Positions 9,388 to 21,041 of a DNA stretch of 64,000 bases are shown piece after piece. Location: the IMG/VR virus record IMGVR_UViG_3300032245_000902, positions 26,916-90,915 of that record, one strand, 5' to 3'. Position 1 is the first letter of the stretch. The number at the start of each line of letters is the position of its first letter. The position numbers and the translations under genes are program-made. The notes under the pieces are model-generated. The model saw only the letters and a list, made by a program, of their open reading frames with translations. It made no database searches and was not told the DNA's origin. The stretch comes from a virus (taxonomy: Duplodnaviria; Caudoviricetes).

Positions 9388-11661
9388 ATGTCTACAGTAA
9401 AAATAACAGACCTGCCAGTCATATCACATTTAAATGCCGATACGGCTAACACCATATTTGTTGGTGTGGATTTGCCTACGGATGTAACAGGAAGAATTTC
9501 TGCATCTGTCCTTGCAGACGGCCTGTATGAAAACAAAGCTCTTAAAGTTGGTTTACCTGATATTATATTTCCAAATGTAATTGCACAATTTGCTGGTTCA
9601 GGTAATCCATATCTACAAGTTAATGCACAGAATACTGATAAAAACAGTTCAATGGATTATGTGGCAACGGCAGACATTGGTACAACTGCCAATAACTTTA
9701 TTGATATGGGTATTAATAATTCATTGTATAATGATTCAAATTTTTCTGCACAAAAAGCCTTAGATGGTTATTTGTATGTTCACGGTTCAGTCGATTCATC
9801 TTCCGATGGTAATTTAATTATTGGTACCATATCATCTGGTGCCAATGTGGTCTTTGCTGTAGGCGGTCAAAAGTCTGCCAATGTTGTGGCTACTATTTCT
9901 CGTTATGGTCTTTCAATGAATGGTGCAAGTTACATTAAATTTGCTGATGGTTCTATTCAGTCTGTGGCGGCTGCACCATCAAATTATGCACAATCCGCAT
10001 TTGATAAAGCTAATACCGCATCAGCCAATACAATTATTACACAAGGTGTTGATGCGACTCAGAATACAAACATTACTGCCGTAAATAACTATGCGGCTAA
10101 CGCTTACACCAAAGCCAATACTAATGCCATTGATATTACAGTAATTCAAGGTGTTGACCTTGCTCAAAATACTAAAATTGGTGCTGTGGAAACATATGCT
10201 AGTTCTGCTTACGCTAAAGCAAATACTAATGCTGATGCCATAACTGTAATTCAAGGTGTTGATAATACCCAAAATACCAATATTACTAATGTTAATACAT
10301 TTGCTCAGTCTGGATACAACCAAGCCAATGCTGCAACAGCTTCTGCTCAATCTGCATACAACACTGCCAATAACGCTTCTTCTAATACCATCTACACCCA
10401 AGGTGTTGATGCAACACAGAACACCAACATTACTGCGGTTAACAACTATGCAGCCTCTGGTTATGCTAAGGCAAATACAGCAGTTCAAAACACCGCAATT
10501 GTTCAATTACAATCATTGACCCTTACAGGTAATTTGATTGCCAATTCTGTTGGACAAAGTATTTCTGTTGATAATTTTACTTCTAATACTGCAATATTTA
10601 ATAGAAATTTAATTGTTCAAGGTACAATTACTGCCAATACTTTGTTAGGTAATGTATTTTTCTCAAACGTAACCACAGTAACAACCCAAGCAAATAGTAT
10701 TCAATGGTTTGCACAAACACAATCGCCATCACAAACTGATGGTCAAGTATGGTATTCTGCGAATACTATTTCTTTGATACAAGATACTGATGTTGCTGGA
10801 GATAGACCTGCAATTTCTAAAGTGTTGTTTGAGAGAGTTTATAATAATACAGGTTCAGCAATTCCAAATAGTTCTTGGGTTCGATTGGCTGGTGGTGTAA
10901 CTTCAAATTCTGTTCCATTCATTCAATTAGCTGATGCAACTTCAGCTGCCAATTCACAAGTTGAAGGATTTATTAAAGTAGGAATTGCAGCCGGTGCGTA
11001 TGGTTTTGTATACACCAGAGGTATTGTTGAGGGTATGGATGCATCTGCTTTTGGAACCAATGGTCAATTATTATTCCTATCAACCACTCCTGGCCAAGCA
11101 AGCAACATTGCACCAACTGAAGCCAACTCTGTTGTTTCTGTTGCTAAAATTCTTTCAAACGGTTCTGCCAACGGCAAACTACAAATTGCAGTTCAATCAT
11201 TACAAGCTTATGGTAAACCCAACGGCGCCATTTTATTTTCTAACAATAACTTAATTCAAGCAAGTAATACATTATTCATTAATGAATCTCTTGGTCAATT
11301 AAATGTTTCAAGTATGGTATATGCAGCTAACGGAATTATTAATAGGTCAAATACATACACCGGTACACAAACTGCAATTACAGTTAATATGACCACAGAA
11401 ACATGGGTGAGAGCTACTGTTGGTGCATCATTAACTATTACACCAACAGGATTTGGTCCAGGTTATGAAACAGAAGTGGTGATTATTAATCCTAATACTG
11501 GTGGTGGCGCAGCAAGAACAATTACTCATGGATGTTCTGCAACCAATTCATCGGTTGGTGCAACGACATTCTCTTTGGGTGGCACAACAACTGCTTTTGT
11601 TAAATACTATTCTTTCGATGGTGATTTAGCAAACACCTATGCTAAGATATCCTACAGCTAA
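9388..11661 (+). CDS. Fibre-like virion protein
   Basis: 'VKITDLP' N-terminus and QGVDxxQNTNITAVN coiled-coil repeats shared with 19528 and 25399. Confidence 0.7.
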   Translation: MSTVKITDLPVISHLNADTANTIFVGVDLPTDVTGRISASVLADGLYENKALKVGLPDIIFPNVIAQFAGSGNPYLQVNAQNTDKNSSMDYVATADIGTTANNFIDMGINNSLYNDSNFSAQKALDGYLYVHGSVDSSSDGNLIIGTISSGANVVFAVGGQKSANVVATISRYGLSMNGASYIKFADGSIQSVAAAPSNYAQSAFDKANTASANTIITQGVDATQNTNITAVNNYAANAYTKANTNAIDITVIQGVDLAQNTKIGAVETYASSAYAKANTNADAITVIQGVDNTQNTNITNVNTFAQSGYNQANAATASAQSAYNTANNASSNTIYTQGVDATQNTNITAVNNYAASGYAKANTAVQNTAIVQLQSLTLTGNLIANSVGQSISVDNFTSNTAIFNRNLIVQGTITANTLLGNVFFSNVTTVTTQANSIQWFAQTQSPSQTDGQVWYSANTISLIQDTDVAGDRPAISKVLFERVYNNTGSAIPNSSWVRLAGGVTSNSVPFIQLADATSAANSQVEGFIKVGIAAGAYGFVYTRGIVEGMDASAFGTNGQLLFLSTTPGQASNIAPTEANSVVSVAKILSNGSANGKLQIAVQSLQAYGKPNGAILFSNNNLIQASNTLFINESLGQLNVSSMVYAANGIINRSNTYTGTQTAITVNMTTETWVRATVGASLTITPTGFGPGYETEVVIINPNTGGGAARTITHGCSATNSSVGATTFSLGGTTTAFVKYYSFDGDLANTYAKISYS

Positions 11662-11667
11662 TAAATA
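11660..11667 (+). promoter_or_regulatory. T4-type late promoter (AATAAATA)
   Basis: Late box immediately upstream of gp8. Confidence 0.55.
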
Positions 11668-11673
11668 CATACT

Positions 11674-13038
11674 ATGGCAAATAAAGACCTTCTAACATAT
11701 AATGCAAAAGTAACTCAAGTTGAGCAAGACTATTTTGCTCCTGTGGCCTCGGTTACTGGTACTACCACACCAGTTAGCACACTCTATTGTTTTATGTCCC
11801 GTGTTTTACCATGGACAAATGATATTGATCCACCACAACCAACTCAAGACCAAAAATCATTAAAGCAAATTTACAAAAATATATTTGCCGTTAAAAAAAT
11901 CAATTCATCAGGTATTAGTCCTGTTATCCAAAGGATTGATTGGGATTCTGGTGAAAAATATGATTATTATCAAGATGATGTTGATATGTTTGCACTCAAT
12001 CCATCAGGCACATTGGTAAAACGATTCTACATTCGTAATCGATATGACCAAGTGTTTAAGTGTTTGTGGAATAACAATGATGCTGACTCAACCGATGAAC
12101 CATTTTTCCAACCAGGTACTTACGGCACCAATAACATTTATAAAGGTGCTGATGGTTATAAGTGGAAGTATATGTATACCATTGATGTGGGTCGTAAAAC
12201 AACATTTATGGATGCAACTTGGATGCCAGTTCCTGTGGTCAAAACAGCACCATCACCAAACGATACATCATCGGGATATGGTGACATTGAAGTAATCAAT
12301 GTGGTGACTGGTGGTTCTGGATATGATCCAGCAAACTCTGTTGTTAATCTTATTATTACTGGTGATGGAACCGGCACCACAGGTACTATCTCAACTTCTA
12401 ATGGTATCATTACTGATATTGTTGTAACCAATCCAGGATCCGATTACACTTTTGCAAATGTGTCTGTGACTTCAGCAGCAGGTTCAAACGCAACCTTCAT
12501 CGCTCCTGTCAGTCCTATTGGCGGTCATGGTTACGATTCTGTATCTGAATTGGGTTGTTCTCATGTAATGGTGACTGCTGAATTTAATGGCAGTGAAGAT
12601 GGATTAATACCAACAAATATCGATTTCAGGCAAGTTGGTTTGTTGGTCAATCCTACTGCACTTAGTACCTACCCCAATCCAGCCAACGGCAGCATTTACA
12701 AAACTTCAACTGACTTTGTAGTGGCACCTGGATTTGGTAGTTATACTTCTGATGAAGTTGTTTATCAAGGTTCTTCTGCAAATACCGCAACATTTACTGG
12801 TACTGTATTAAGCTTTGATGCAGGATCCAATGTATTACGCTTGATAAATACATCAGGTACACAAACACTCAATGCACCAATTTTTGGTGCTTCGTCATCA
12901 ACAGCAAGAACAGTATTAAGTGTTAGCACCCCAGATTTTATTACTTTCTCCGGATTCATGACATATATTGAAAACAGAGAAAGTATTCAGAGAAGTGCAG
13001 ACGGAATAGAACAATTTAAATTTGTATTAGGATACTAA
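11674..13038 (+). CDS. gp8: Baseplate wedge subunit gp8
   Basis: 'RIDWDSG..YDYY', 'VFKCLWNN', 'DGYKWKYMYTI', 'FRQVGLLVNP', 'YIENRESIQR'. Confidence 0.9.
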   Translation: MANKDLLTYNAKVTQVEQDYFAPVASVTGTTTPVSTLYCFMSRVLPWTNDIDPPQPTQDQKSLKQIYKNIFAVKKINSSGISPVIQRIDWDSGEKYDYYQDDVDMFALNPSGTLVKRFYIRNRYDQVFKCLWNNNDADSTDEPFFQPGTYGTNNIYKGADGYKWKYMYTIDVGRKTTFMDATWMPVPVVKTAPSPNDTSSGYGDIEVINVVTGGSGYDPANSVVNLIITGDGTGTTGTISTSNGIITDIVVTNPGSDYTFANVSVTSAAGSNATFIAPVSPIGGHGYDSVSELGCSHVMVTAEFNGSEDGLIPTNIDFRQVGLLVNPTALSTYPNPANGSIYKTSTDFVVAPGFGSYTSDEVVYQGSSANTATFTGTVLSFDAGSNVLRLINTSGTQTLNAPIFGASSSTARTVLSVSTPDFITFSGFMTYIENRESIQRSADGIEQFKFVLGY

Positions 13039-13041
13039 AAA

Positions 13042-16000
13042 ATGCCGCTTAATTTTAATGTTGAACCATATTATGATGACTTTGATCCTGCCAAAAATTA
13101 TCACAGGATTCTATTCAAACCTGGTTTTGCCGTTCAAGCTCGTGAACTAACACAATCACAAACTATTCTACAAGACCAAGTTACTAAATTTGCTGACAAC
13201 ATTTTTAAACAGAATACACCTGTAACTGGCGGACAATTAACAACCAATTTTCAATGTAGTTATATTAAACTACAAGAAACTTATAATAATGCAGCCATTA
13301 ATGTTGATGAATTTAACAATAAAGTTATTCAAAATGCTTCTGGTTCAGTATTAGCCAAAGTTATTGCAGTTGTTGAAGCCACCGGTACAGGCGGTGCTGG
13401 TGATCCACCTACATTAATTGTTTCGTATAAATCAGGTGAACAGTTTCAAAGCAATGATGTTATCTATGACAATGGATCCAATCTGGCTGCACAAGCCATC
13501 AGCGCTAATGCTACAGGTTTAAGTTCAGCAGTTTCAATTTCACAAGGCGTGTTCTATGTTTCAGACAACTACACAAGGTCTGATGGCATTACAATTTCTA
13601 CTGGTGCATTTGTTCAAGTTAATCCTCAAACAATTGTTGTTGACAAATATGACAACACACCATCAAATCGTGTTGGTTTAAATATTACTGAAACAATTGT
13701 TGATTATGTTAATGACCCTTCTTTATTAGATCCTGCTATTGGTGCTTCTAACTATCAGGCGCCCGGTGCTGACCGATATAAAATTACTTTAACATTAGAA
13801 AGTCGTTCACTATCATTTGGTGACGATGATAGCTTTATTGAATTACTTCGTGTTGAAAATGGACAGACTGTCAAGTTGGTTAATGAAACAGTTTACAATG
13901 TAATTGATGATTACTTTGCCAAACGTACCAATGACACTAATGGTGACTTCATTGTTAATGATTATAATTTGACACCAAAAGCCAATACAGTTAATTCTGC
14001 AAAATATGATTTAGGTATTTCAAAAGGTATTTCTTATGTTCGTGGTTATCGTTTAGAAAATCAATCTGATGTAACTCTAACAAACGACCGAGCAAGATTA
14101 CAATCTGATGTAACCAACAATCCGACTTTTGTTGATTATGGTAATTATTTCTATGTCAATTCAGCCAATGGTGTATTTGATGTTACAACTTCACCACAAG
14201 TTGATTTTCACACAGTTGATAAAACAGCTATTGTAACAACAAATCAATCATCATATAATTCTACTCGTGCTGCTACGGCTTATATTCGTAATATGATATA
14301 TGATAGCACATCAAATACTGCCAATGGTTCTGCATACATTTATAAGGCTTATGTTTACAATATTCAAAATCAAACATTATCAGCCAATGTTTCACAAATT
14401 GCACCAGTCAATGCAAACAATAGTTACATAAGATTGCCTAATACCAATCAATTTTCAAATGTGGCCAATGCCTATACTGGAGTAACAGTCAGTATCGATG
14501 CAGGTACTTCTGCTGGTGATTTTAGAACAATTACAACCTACGATGCAGCTGCTAAGATTGCATATGTTGACCAACCATTTACTGTAACATTGGCCAACAA
14601 CTCGGTGTTTACTCTCCGTTTTGATACAACTGATTTTGAAACAATGATTAAGAGTACCTCTGGTACACCTTATTCTATCACAGCTAACGCTGCAATCAAC
14701 AATCTAAACAAAGTAAACAATGTTGCAGAAGGTGATGTTGTTTTACAAAACCCAAATGCCCCAGAATTATTGTTTACAATTGGTAATCCTTTTGTATCCT
14801 ATGCAAATAGTTCTTCATATACTACAACACAGGTGTTCCGTAATGTTTCGTTCACAACATCAGGCGGAAACATTGTTGCACAGTTAACATTTGGTTCTGC
14901 ACCCACATCAACACTTCGTTTCTTAGGTAACGGCACATTATCATCTGATGCTGTGTCACAAAACTTCCAAATTATTGTTACCAATCCTTTGTCGAGTGGT
15001 CTAAGAGTTGGTCAATTGTTACCATGGAATCAAGGTAGTAGAACTTGTGCAATCACAGGTTCAGGTGGTACAGCCACATTCACAACACCAACATCCGATT
15101 TAGGTCCATTCACCGCAACAATCATTGCTAAAGCTTTTGTAAGTAATGGTAATGACACCAACTTTGTATTGAAAGCCAAAAATTTGGTTGAAGGTAATAC
15201 AACAGGCGTAAACATTACAGGTACAACTGTTGACACATACACCAAAGTTGATTTAACAAATGGTCAAGTATATGTTGCAAATACTGGAATTGTTGCTCCT
15301 GGTCAACCACAAAAACTATACATTACAGATGCAAAACGTATAGTTAAAATCATTGATACAAAATCTCCTGGCACAGCTGCAACAAATGCTATGTTGACCA
15401 ATCCAATCTATGATGTTACATCTAGATTTACATTTGATAATGGTCAACGAGATTCATACTATGACTTTGCTAGTATCACATTAGGCGTGGGTCAACCACA
15501 AATTGATGGTAATTTATTGGTTATATTAGATTACTATTCAACCACTGGTGGTGACGGATACTATTCTGTCATGTCATATTTGTCACCAGTATCATCTGCA
15601 CCAGAGAGTTATGCTGAGATTCCATCTTACATGGCTTCTAGTGGCAATTACTACCAGTTAAGAGATTCTTTGGACTTTAGACCATCATTAATTAATGCTC
15701 AGAGTTCATTTATAATCCGCACTTCAAGTTCTGGTTCAGGTGCAGCAGGTGCATATATTCCTGTAGACTTAACTGAATTTGAATCCAATTATGGATTCTA
15801 TCTTGGTCGTTTTGACAAATTGGTATTGAGTAAAGACCGTGCTTTTGAAATTGTTCAAGGCACACCATCAACCAATCCAATTCTACCAATTGAACCAGAT
15901 GGTTCGTTGGTGATTGCAAACCTTTATCACGACCCATACACCGCATATATTCCAGGTGAAGCCACAGGTGTATTGCCAAGTTTATCTATTGAGCGTGTCA

Positions 16001-19000
16001 AACACAAACGTTGGTTGATGCGTGATATTTCTGATTTGGAAACTCGTGTTAACAATATTGAATACTATACAGCACTCAATATGTTAGAAAAAGGTGCATC
16101 TTCTTTACAGATTCCTGATGGCAACGGATTAAATCGTTTTAAAAATGGTATTTTAGTTGATGATTTCTCTAGTTATGCTGCAGCTGATACTGCTAGTTCC
16201 GATTATTTGGCAACAATCAATCGTAGAACAAAACAGATGACTGCATCACAAGCTGTTCAGAACTTCCCATTGCAATCATTGTCACTAGTATATAATATGG
16301 GCCAGTTGGATGCTACAAGTGCAAACAATCTTGGTTATAATATTTCTCAGAGCTCTACATCAAACTTCTTTACATTACCATACTCCACATCTAATGTGGT
16401 AACACAAAGAATTGCTTCACGCACAGTTAATTTAAACCCATTCTCTGTATCATTGAATTCTGGTGTATTAACACTCAGTCCTCCAATGGACAATTGGGTT
16501 GATACACAAAAATCACCTGACCTGTTGATTGTAGATCCAAATTTACAAGTATATCGTGCAAGTGACCAAGTTAATGTGTTACAAGTAGGTGATTGGAAAA
16601 CAACTGTTGCAACATCAACCGATAATGTGGTTGCGGCTGGTCGTAACTGGCGTGTCAATCAAGTTACCACATATACAACAGAACAACAAAAGGTTGTGTT
16701 AGGTAACTACGACAAACTTAATTCGAGTTATGTTGAAACTGCTGGTTTCATTACTGATGTCAGTATTTTGCCATATATCCGTTCACAATTCTTATTCTTT
16801 AACACTTATGGTCTAACAGTTAATACCAATGTTAATGCGTATTTTGACGGTGTAAGTGTTAATAAGTATGTTCGCAAACCAAATATCATTGAATTGACCG
16901 GTGTAACTGGTTCATTTAAAGATGGTGATATTATTGGTTATTATTCTGCTGGTAATTTTAGACCTGCTGCCAAAGTTGTTTCTTACTATGTTAATCCAGC
17001 TGCCAATACAACTGCTCGCCTCTATGTTGTTGGTGATATTGTTGGTCAAACATTTACTGCGGGTGGCGTATTACAAAATGCTCAATTTAATGCTGCTGGT
17101 CAATATCAGTCAACTACAGCACAAGGAACCATTGCATCGTTTAGACATAACTCTGGTCAAGTCGTTAATGCCAATACATCAACATCTATTACATTAGGTG
17201 CCACAGCATCTACAACTGATATCTATACAGGTAACACAATTTATATTATTAATGGCACGGGTGTTGGCCAATCTGCAACTATTACTGCATACAATGGTGC
17301 AACTAAGTTGGCAAACCTAAGTTCTTCTATTACAACTGCCAATGGCGACATCTATTCAATTGGTACAATGAAAACCAATGAAGCGGGTATGATTTCAGGT
17401 ATCTTTGCATTACCAGGCGGAGTATTCCATACAGGTCAAAGAACATTTAGAGTTGATAACTCAATTGGTGGTAATATTAGTTCTGCACAGACTTTTGCAG
17501 AGGCCACATTCTATGCTTCTGGTTTACAACAGACTAAACAAGGTGTAAACTATGCATCTTCAATTGACTCTGCCAAAAATACTTTCACACAAAGTAATGA
17601 AAGAACCAACATCACTTCTTATACTTACACAACAGTATGGGATCCAGTCGCACAAACATTTATTATTGATAAAGAAAACTATCCAAATGGTGTCTTTGTT
17701 GATTCAATTAAATTATTCTTTGCAACAAAAGCTGATGAGTTCTCACCAGTAACATTGTCTATTGTTGGTACACTCAACGGATATCCAAATGGTGAAACAT
17801 TGGATAATTCTCAAGTTACATTGACATCAGAGAATATTAATGTATCAAGCAATCCACATTATTTGGATCCTACCACATATACTGTGTTTAAGTTCCCAGC
17901 ACCAGTATATTTGGAATCTAACAAATTATATGCTGTCATTGTAAAATGTCCAACATCTAATGATTACACAATTTATACTGCACAAAATGGTGACACAGCA
18001 ATTTCATCTTCTGTTAAGAATTTGCCAAGTGACCCAACACCAACAACAATAACAAAGATTAACTCTGCACCATATGTTGGTTCATTATTCTTATCACAGA
18101 ATTCACAAACATGGACTGCGGATCAAAACGAATCAATGATGTTTACAATGGATCGTTGTGTGTTCTCTGTTGGTACTCAACCTACATTACAGTTTGTAGT
18201 GCCAAATCGTTTACCATATCGTAAATTAACAGAACAAGATATTTCATACTATCTAAGTCCAAACACGATTAATACATCCATCTCCTCGGCAGCCAATACT
18301 AATGTGGTCGTTGATGCATTTAATATTTCAACATCTGACTTTGTGCCGGGTAGCACATCACTCAGTTACACATATGGTGCCACATTAAATTCAACTAAGA
18401 CAGCTGCACCAACACAGTCAGTTACTCCTGGTAAATATGGTACACCAATGTATGATGACATCTATCTAAATGATGGATTAGGTGAGCGTGTATTGGCAGC
18501 TAACTCCAATACATCATTCTCATTGTATGCTAACATGACCACAGTAGATGATGCTGTGTCACCAATGATTTCAGATGATGGATTAGGTGTATATACTATC
18601 ACATGGAACATTAATAACTTAGAGTTATCTAATAGTATGATTACTGTGGCCAATGGTGGTTCTGGTTACAATGTTAATACAACTTCTGTAACCATCACAT
18701 CCAATACAGGTACTGGTGCAACTGCAACTGCCAATGTGGTTGGTGGAGTAATTAAAAACATTTATATTACAAATGGTGGTTCTGGTTATGCAACAACACC
18801 AATAATTAGAGTTGCAGATGCCAACTCCTCACCAGGAATTGGTGCAACAGTTACAGTAGCAGGCGAAACATCACCAGCTGGTGGTAACGGCCAAACACGA
18901 TACATTACTAAGAAAGTTATTTTGGATCAAGGATTTGATTCAGGTGATTTACGAGTATACTTTACTGCTTATCGTCCAGTCAATACAAACATCTATGTTT

Positions 19001-19305
19001 ACTATAAGATTCTTTCTAGAAGTGATACACAGACATTTGATTCTGGTAGCTGGCAGTTAATGTCGTTAATTAATAACACCAGTTCATTGTATTCACCAAC
19101 ACGAGATAGCACTTATGAATTTGTAGCTGCACCTGGTGCTGATGGTGTTGCACAGAACTATGTTGAATATACTAGTGGTGTAACAGGTCAAACATACAAC
19201 AATTTTAGTCAGTTTGCAATCAAGATTGTATTGGCAACATCTGATAAAACAGCAGTACCATTCTTATCAGATATTCGTGCAATCGCTTTACCATCGGCGG
19301 TGTAA
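13042..19305 (+). CDS. Large virion structural protein (VrlC/DUF4815-like)
   Basis: 'PYYDDFDPAKNYHRILFKPGFAVQARELTQSQTILQ', 'APGADRYKI', 'RFKNGILVDDF', 'DPVAQTF'; follows gp8 as in other environmental T4-like phages. Confidence 0.85.
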   Translation: MPLNFNVEPYYDDFDPAKNYHRILFKPGFAVQARELTQSQTILQDQVTKFADNIFKQNTPVTGGQLTTNFQCSYIKLQETYNNAAINVDEFNNKVIQNASGSVLAKVIAVVEATGTGGAGDPPTLIVSYKSGEQFQSNDVIYDNGSNLAAQAISANATGLSSAVSISQGVFYVSDNYTRSDGITISTGAFVQVNPQTIVVDKYDNTPSNRVGLNITETIVDYVNDPSLLDPAIGASNYQAPGADRYKITLTLESRSLSFGDDDSFIELLRVENGQTVKLVNETVYNVIDDYFAKRTNDTNGDFIVNDYNLTPKANTVNSAKYDLGISKGISYVRGYRLENQSDVTLTNDRARLQSDVTNNPTFVDYGNYFYVNSANGVFDVTTSPQVDFHTVDKTAIVTTNQSSYNSTRAATAYIRNMIYDSTSNTANGSAYIYKAYVYNIQNQTLSANVSQIAPVNANNSYIRLPNTNQFSNVANAYTGVTVSIDAGTSAGDFRTITTYDAAAKIAYVDQPFTVTLANNSVFTLRFDTTDFETMIKSTSGTPYSITANAAINNLNKVNNVAEGDVVLQNPNAPELLFTIGNPFVSYANSSSYTTTQVFRNVSFTTSGGNIVAQLTFGSAPTSTLRFLGNGTLSSDAVSQNFQIIVTNPLSSGLRVGQLLPWNQGSRTCAITGSGGTATFTTPTSDLGPFTATIIAKAFVSNGNDTNFVLKAKNLVEGNTTGVNITGTTVDTYTKVDLTNGQVYVANTGIVAPGQPQKLYITDAKRIVKIIDTKSPGTAATNAMLTNPIYDVTSRFTFDNGQRDSYYDFASITLGVGQPQIDGNLLVILDYYSTTGGDGYYSVMSYLSPVSSAPESYAEIPSYMASSGNYYQLRDSLDFRPSLINAQSSFIIRTSSSGSGAAGAYIPVDLTEFESNYGFYLGRFDKLVLSKDRAFEIVQGTPSTNPILPIEPDGSLVIANLYHDPYTAYIPGEATGVLPSLSIERVKHKRWLMRDISDLETRVNNIEYYTALNMLEKGASSLQIPDGNGLNRFKNGILVDDFSSYAAADTASSDYLATINRRTKQMTASQAVQNFPLQSLSLVYNMGQLDATSANNLGYNISQSSTSNFFTLPYSTSNVVTQRIASRTVNLNPFSVSLNSGVLTLSPPMDNWVDTQKSPDLLIVDPNLQVYRASDQVNVLQVGDWKTTVATSTDNVVAAGRNWRVNQVTTYTTEQQKVVLGNYDKLNSSYVETAGFITDVSILPYIRSQFLFFNTYGLTVNTNVNAYFDGVSVNKYVRKPNIIELTGVTGSFKDGDIIGYYSAGNFRPAAKVVSYYVNPAANTTARLYVVGDIVGQTFTAGGVLQNAQFNAAGQYQSTTAQGTIASFRHNSGQVVNANTSTSITLGATASTTDIYTGNTIYIINGTGVGQSATITAYNGATKLANLSSSITTANGDIYSIGTMKTNEAGMISGIFALPGGVFHTGQRTFRVDNSIGGNISSAQTFAEATFYASGLQQTKQGVNYASSIDSAKNTFTQSNERTNITSYTYTTVWDPVAQTFIIDKENYPNGVFVDSIKLFFATKADEFSPVTLSIVGTLNGYPNGETLDNSQVTLTSENINVSSNPHYLDPTTYTVFKFPAPVYLESNKLYAVIVKCPTSNDYTIYTAQNGDTAISSSVKNLPSDPTPTTITKINSAPYVGSLFLSQNSQTWTADQNESMMFTMDRCVFSVGTQPTLQFVVPNRLPYRKLTEQDISYYLSPNTINTSISSAANTNVVVDAFNISTSDFVPGSTSLSYTYGATLNSTKTAAPTQSVTPGKYGTPMYDDIYLNDGLGERVLAANSNTSFSLYANMTTVDDAVSPMISDDGLGVYTITWNINNLELSNSMITVANGGSGYNVNTTSVTITSNTGTGATATANVVGGVIKNIYITNGGSGYATTPIIRVADANSSPGIGATVTVAGETSPAGGNGQTRYITKKVILDQGFDSGDLRVYFTAYRPVNTNIYVYYKILSRSDTQTFDSGSWQLMSLINNTSSLYSPTRDSTYEFVAAPGADGVAQNYVEYTSGVTGQTYNNFSQFAIKIVLATSDKTAVPFLSDIRAIALPSAV

Positions 19306-19306
19306 T

Positions 19307-19528
19307 ATGGCAATTGTAAAAATACCTGGCACAACTTATATAAGGGATACAAATACTATGGCTCTTATTAACACCGATGTTGCTGGATTAGAAGATTATA
19401 GAATGAAATCGACTCTGATTAATAACCAAAAATCAGAAATAAATAAAGTAAAAAATGAAATCAATGAAATACGAGGTGATGTAAAAGTCATCAAAGAATT
19501 ATTGATGCAATTATCTGGAAAACAATAA
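19307..19528 (+). CDS. Small coiled-coil hypothetical protein
   Basis: ATG at 19307 gives 'MAIVKIPGTTYIRDTNTMALINTD' with a C-terminal heptad; coupled to the next gene by TAATG. Confidence 0.7.
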   Translation: MAIVKIPGTTYIRDTNTMALINTDVAGLEDYRMKSTLINNQKSEINKVKNEINEIRGDVKVIKELLMQLSGKQ

Positions 19529-20994
19529 TGGCTAATACAGTTTCTTATTTAAGTTTTGCCAATACATTTGGTGATTGGGTCGTTGTAACGAATTCTCTGG
19601 CACGAGAGAGTAACGACTTTGCGGCTAATAATTATATTAAGCCAACAGGTACACTCTTTTTAAATTCACCTTCATTAGGCTTACAAGTAGCAAATAATGC
19701 CATTGTTGCTGGTCAATTACAGGTACAAGGTACTGGTTCTGGTGCTTATGTCCAAAACAACTTGCGAGTTGATGGCCAAGTTACTTTTCAAAATACTACA
19801 TTAGGATTAACCAATACTGGTGATATGGTAGTAGGTGGCAGTCTATCTGTTGGTGGAAACTTTATTATTACAGGTAGCACCATCAATAGTTCTAATAGTT
19901 TTACATTAAATGCAAATAATATTGTTGGTAGTAATACAACATTCAATGTGTATCGTGGTTCATCTGGTGCCAATGCTTCTATTTTATGGAATGAAAATGT
20001 TGACCAATGGCAGATATTGAATAATAATGATTCAATATACTATAAGATTTTAACGACCAATGATGTGACATCTTCATTGTTATCTACAAGTTCCAATACA
20101 GCGGCCTCAGCAGCAGCGGCCAATACATTGAATAGTTCGATTACAGCACAAAATATTGCATTGCAAAACACCATTATTACTGCAAATACTTCTATGAAGT
20201 CGTATGTAGATAATGCTAATACATCTATGAAATCCTATGTGGATTCCAATTTTGGTTTAATTGCTGGTATTAATGTAACACAAAACGCATCAATCATTAT
20301 TGCACAAGGTGTAGATAATACTCAAAATACACAGATTTCTGGTATTCAAGGTGTGGATTTGGCACAGAATTCAGCCATTAGTATTATTCAGGGAGTTGAT
20401 CTTACACAAAACACCAACATTACTTCTGTTAATAACTTTGCTGGTAGTGCTTATACGACTGCCAATGGTGCAAATGGTCTGGCTGCTGGTGCTTTTGCAG
20501 CTGCCAACACTAAAGTCGCTTCGATTACTGGTACATCCAATCAGGTTACTGTAACTGGCACCACCACACCAACACTATCATTACCACAAAATATTAATAC
20601 TGGTGCTTCAGTTCAATTTGGTTCTTTTGGTGTAGGAACAGCAGCTTCAGGTACCACAGGAGAAATTCGTGCTACAGGAGATATATTTGGTTATTATTCA
20701 GACGATAGATTAAAAACAAAACTAGGCAATATTGAAAATGCTTTAGATAAGTTAATGACTCTAAATGGTTTCTACTACCAACCAAATGAAACTGCACAAG
20801 CTTTAGGTTATAAAGTAAGAGATGAGGTTGGTTTATCAGCTCAAGAAGTGCAAAAAGTTTTACCTGAAGTAGTGGCGCCAGCTCCAATTGATGAACAGTA
20901 TTTAACGATTAAATATGAAAAAGTTATTCCTCTTTTGGTTGAAGCCATCAAAGAACTTAAATTAGAGATTAATGAACTAAAAAAATCTAAGTAA
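19528..20994 (+). CDS. Fibre protein with S74 intramolecular chaperone
   Basis: 'NTFGDWVVVTN' N-terminus, coiled-coil repeats, 'GYYSDDRLK..YEKVIPLLVEAIKEL'. Confidence 0.8.
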   Translation: MANTVSYLSFANTFGDWVVVTNSLARESNDFAANNYIKPTGTLFLNSPSLGLQVANNAIVAGQLQVQGTGSGAYVQNNLRVDGQVTFQNTTLGLTNTGDMVVGGSLSVGGNFIITGSTINSSNSFTLNANNIVGSNTTFNVYRGSSGANASILWNENVDQWQILNNNDSIYYKILTTNDVTSSLLSTSSNTAASAAAANTLNSSITAQNIALQNTIITANTSMKSYVDNANTSMKSYVDSNFGLIAGINVTQNASIIIAQGVDNTQNTQISGIQGVDLAQNSAISIIQGVDLTQNTNITSVNNFAGSAYTTANGANGLAAGAFAAANTKVASITGTSNQVTVTGTTTPTLSLPQNINTGASVQFGSFGVGTAASGTTGEIRATGDIFGYYSDDRLKTKLGNIENALDKLMTLNGFYYQPNETAQALGYKVRDEVGLSAQEVQKVLPEVVAPAPIDEQYLTIKYEKVIPLLVEAIKELKLEINELKKSK

Positions 20995-21004
20995 ACTTTT
21001 GGCA

Positions 21005-21012
21005 ACTAAATA
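21005..21012 (+). promoter_or_regulatory. T4-type late promoter (ACTAAATA)
   Basis: TAAATA core in the intergenic gap. Confidence 0.5.
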
Positions 21013-21041
21013 CCTAAGAAACATTATATACAGGATATAAG

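Noticed and set aside
19214-19306. Upstream extension of the ORF listed as 19214..19528
   Set aside because: It overlaps the end of the 2087 aa gene; ATG 19307 is the plausible start.
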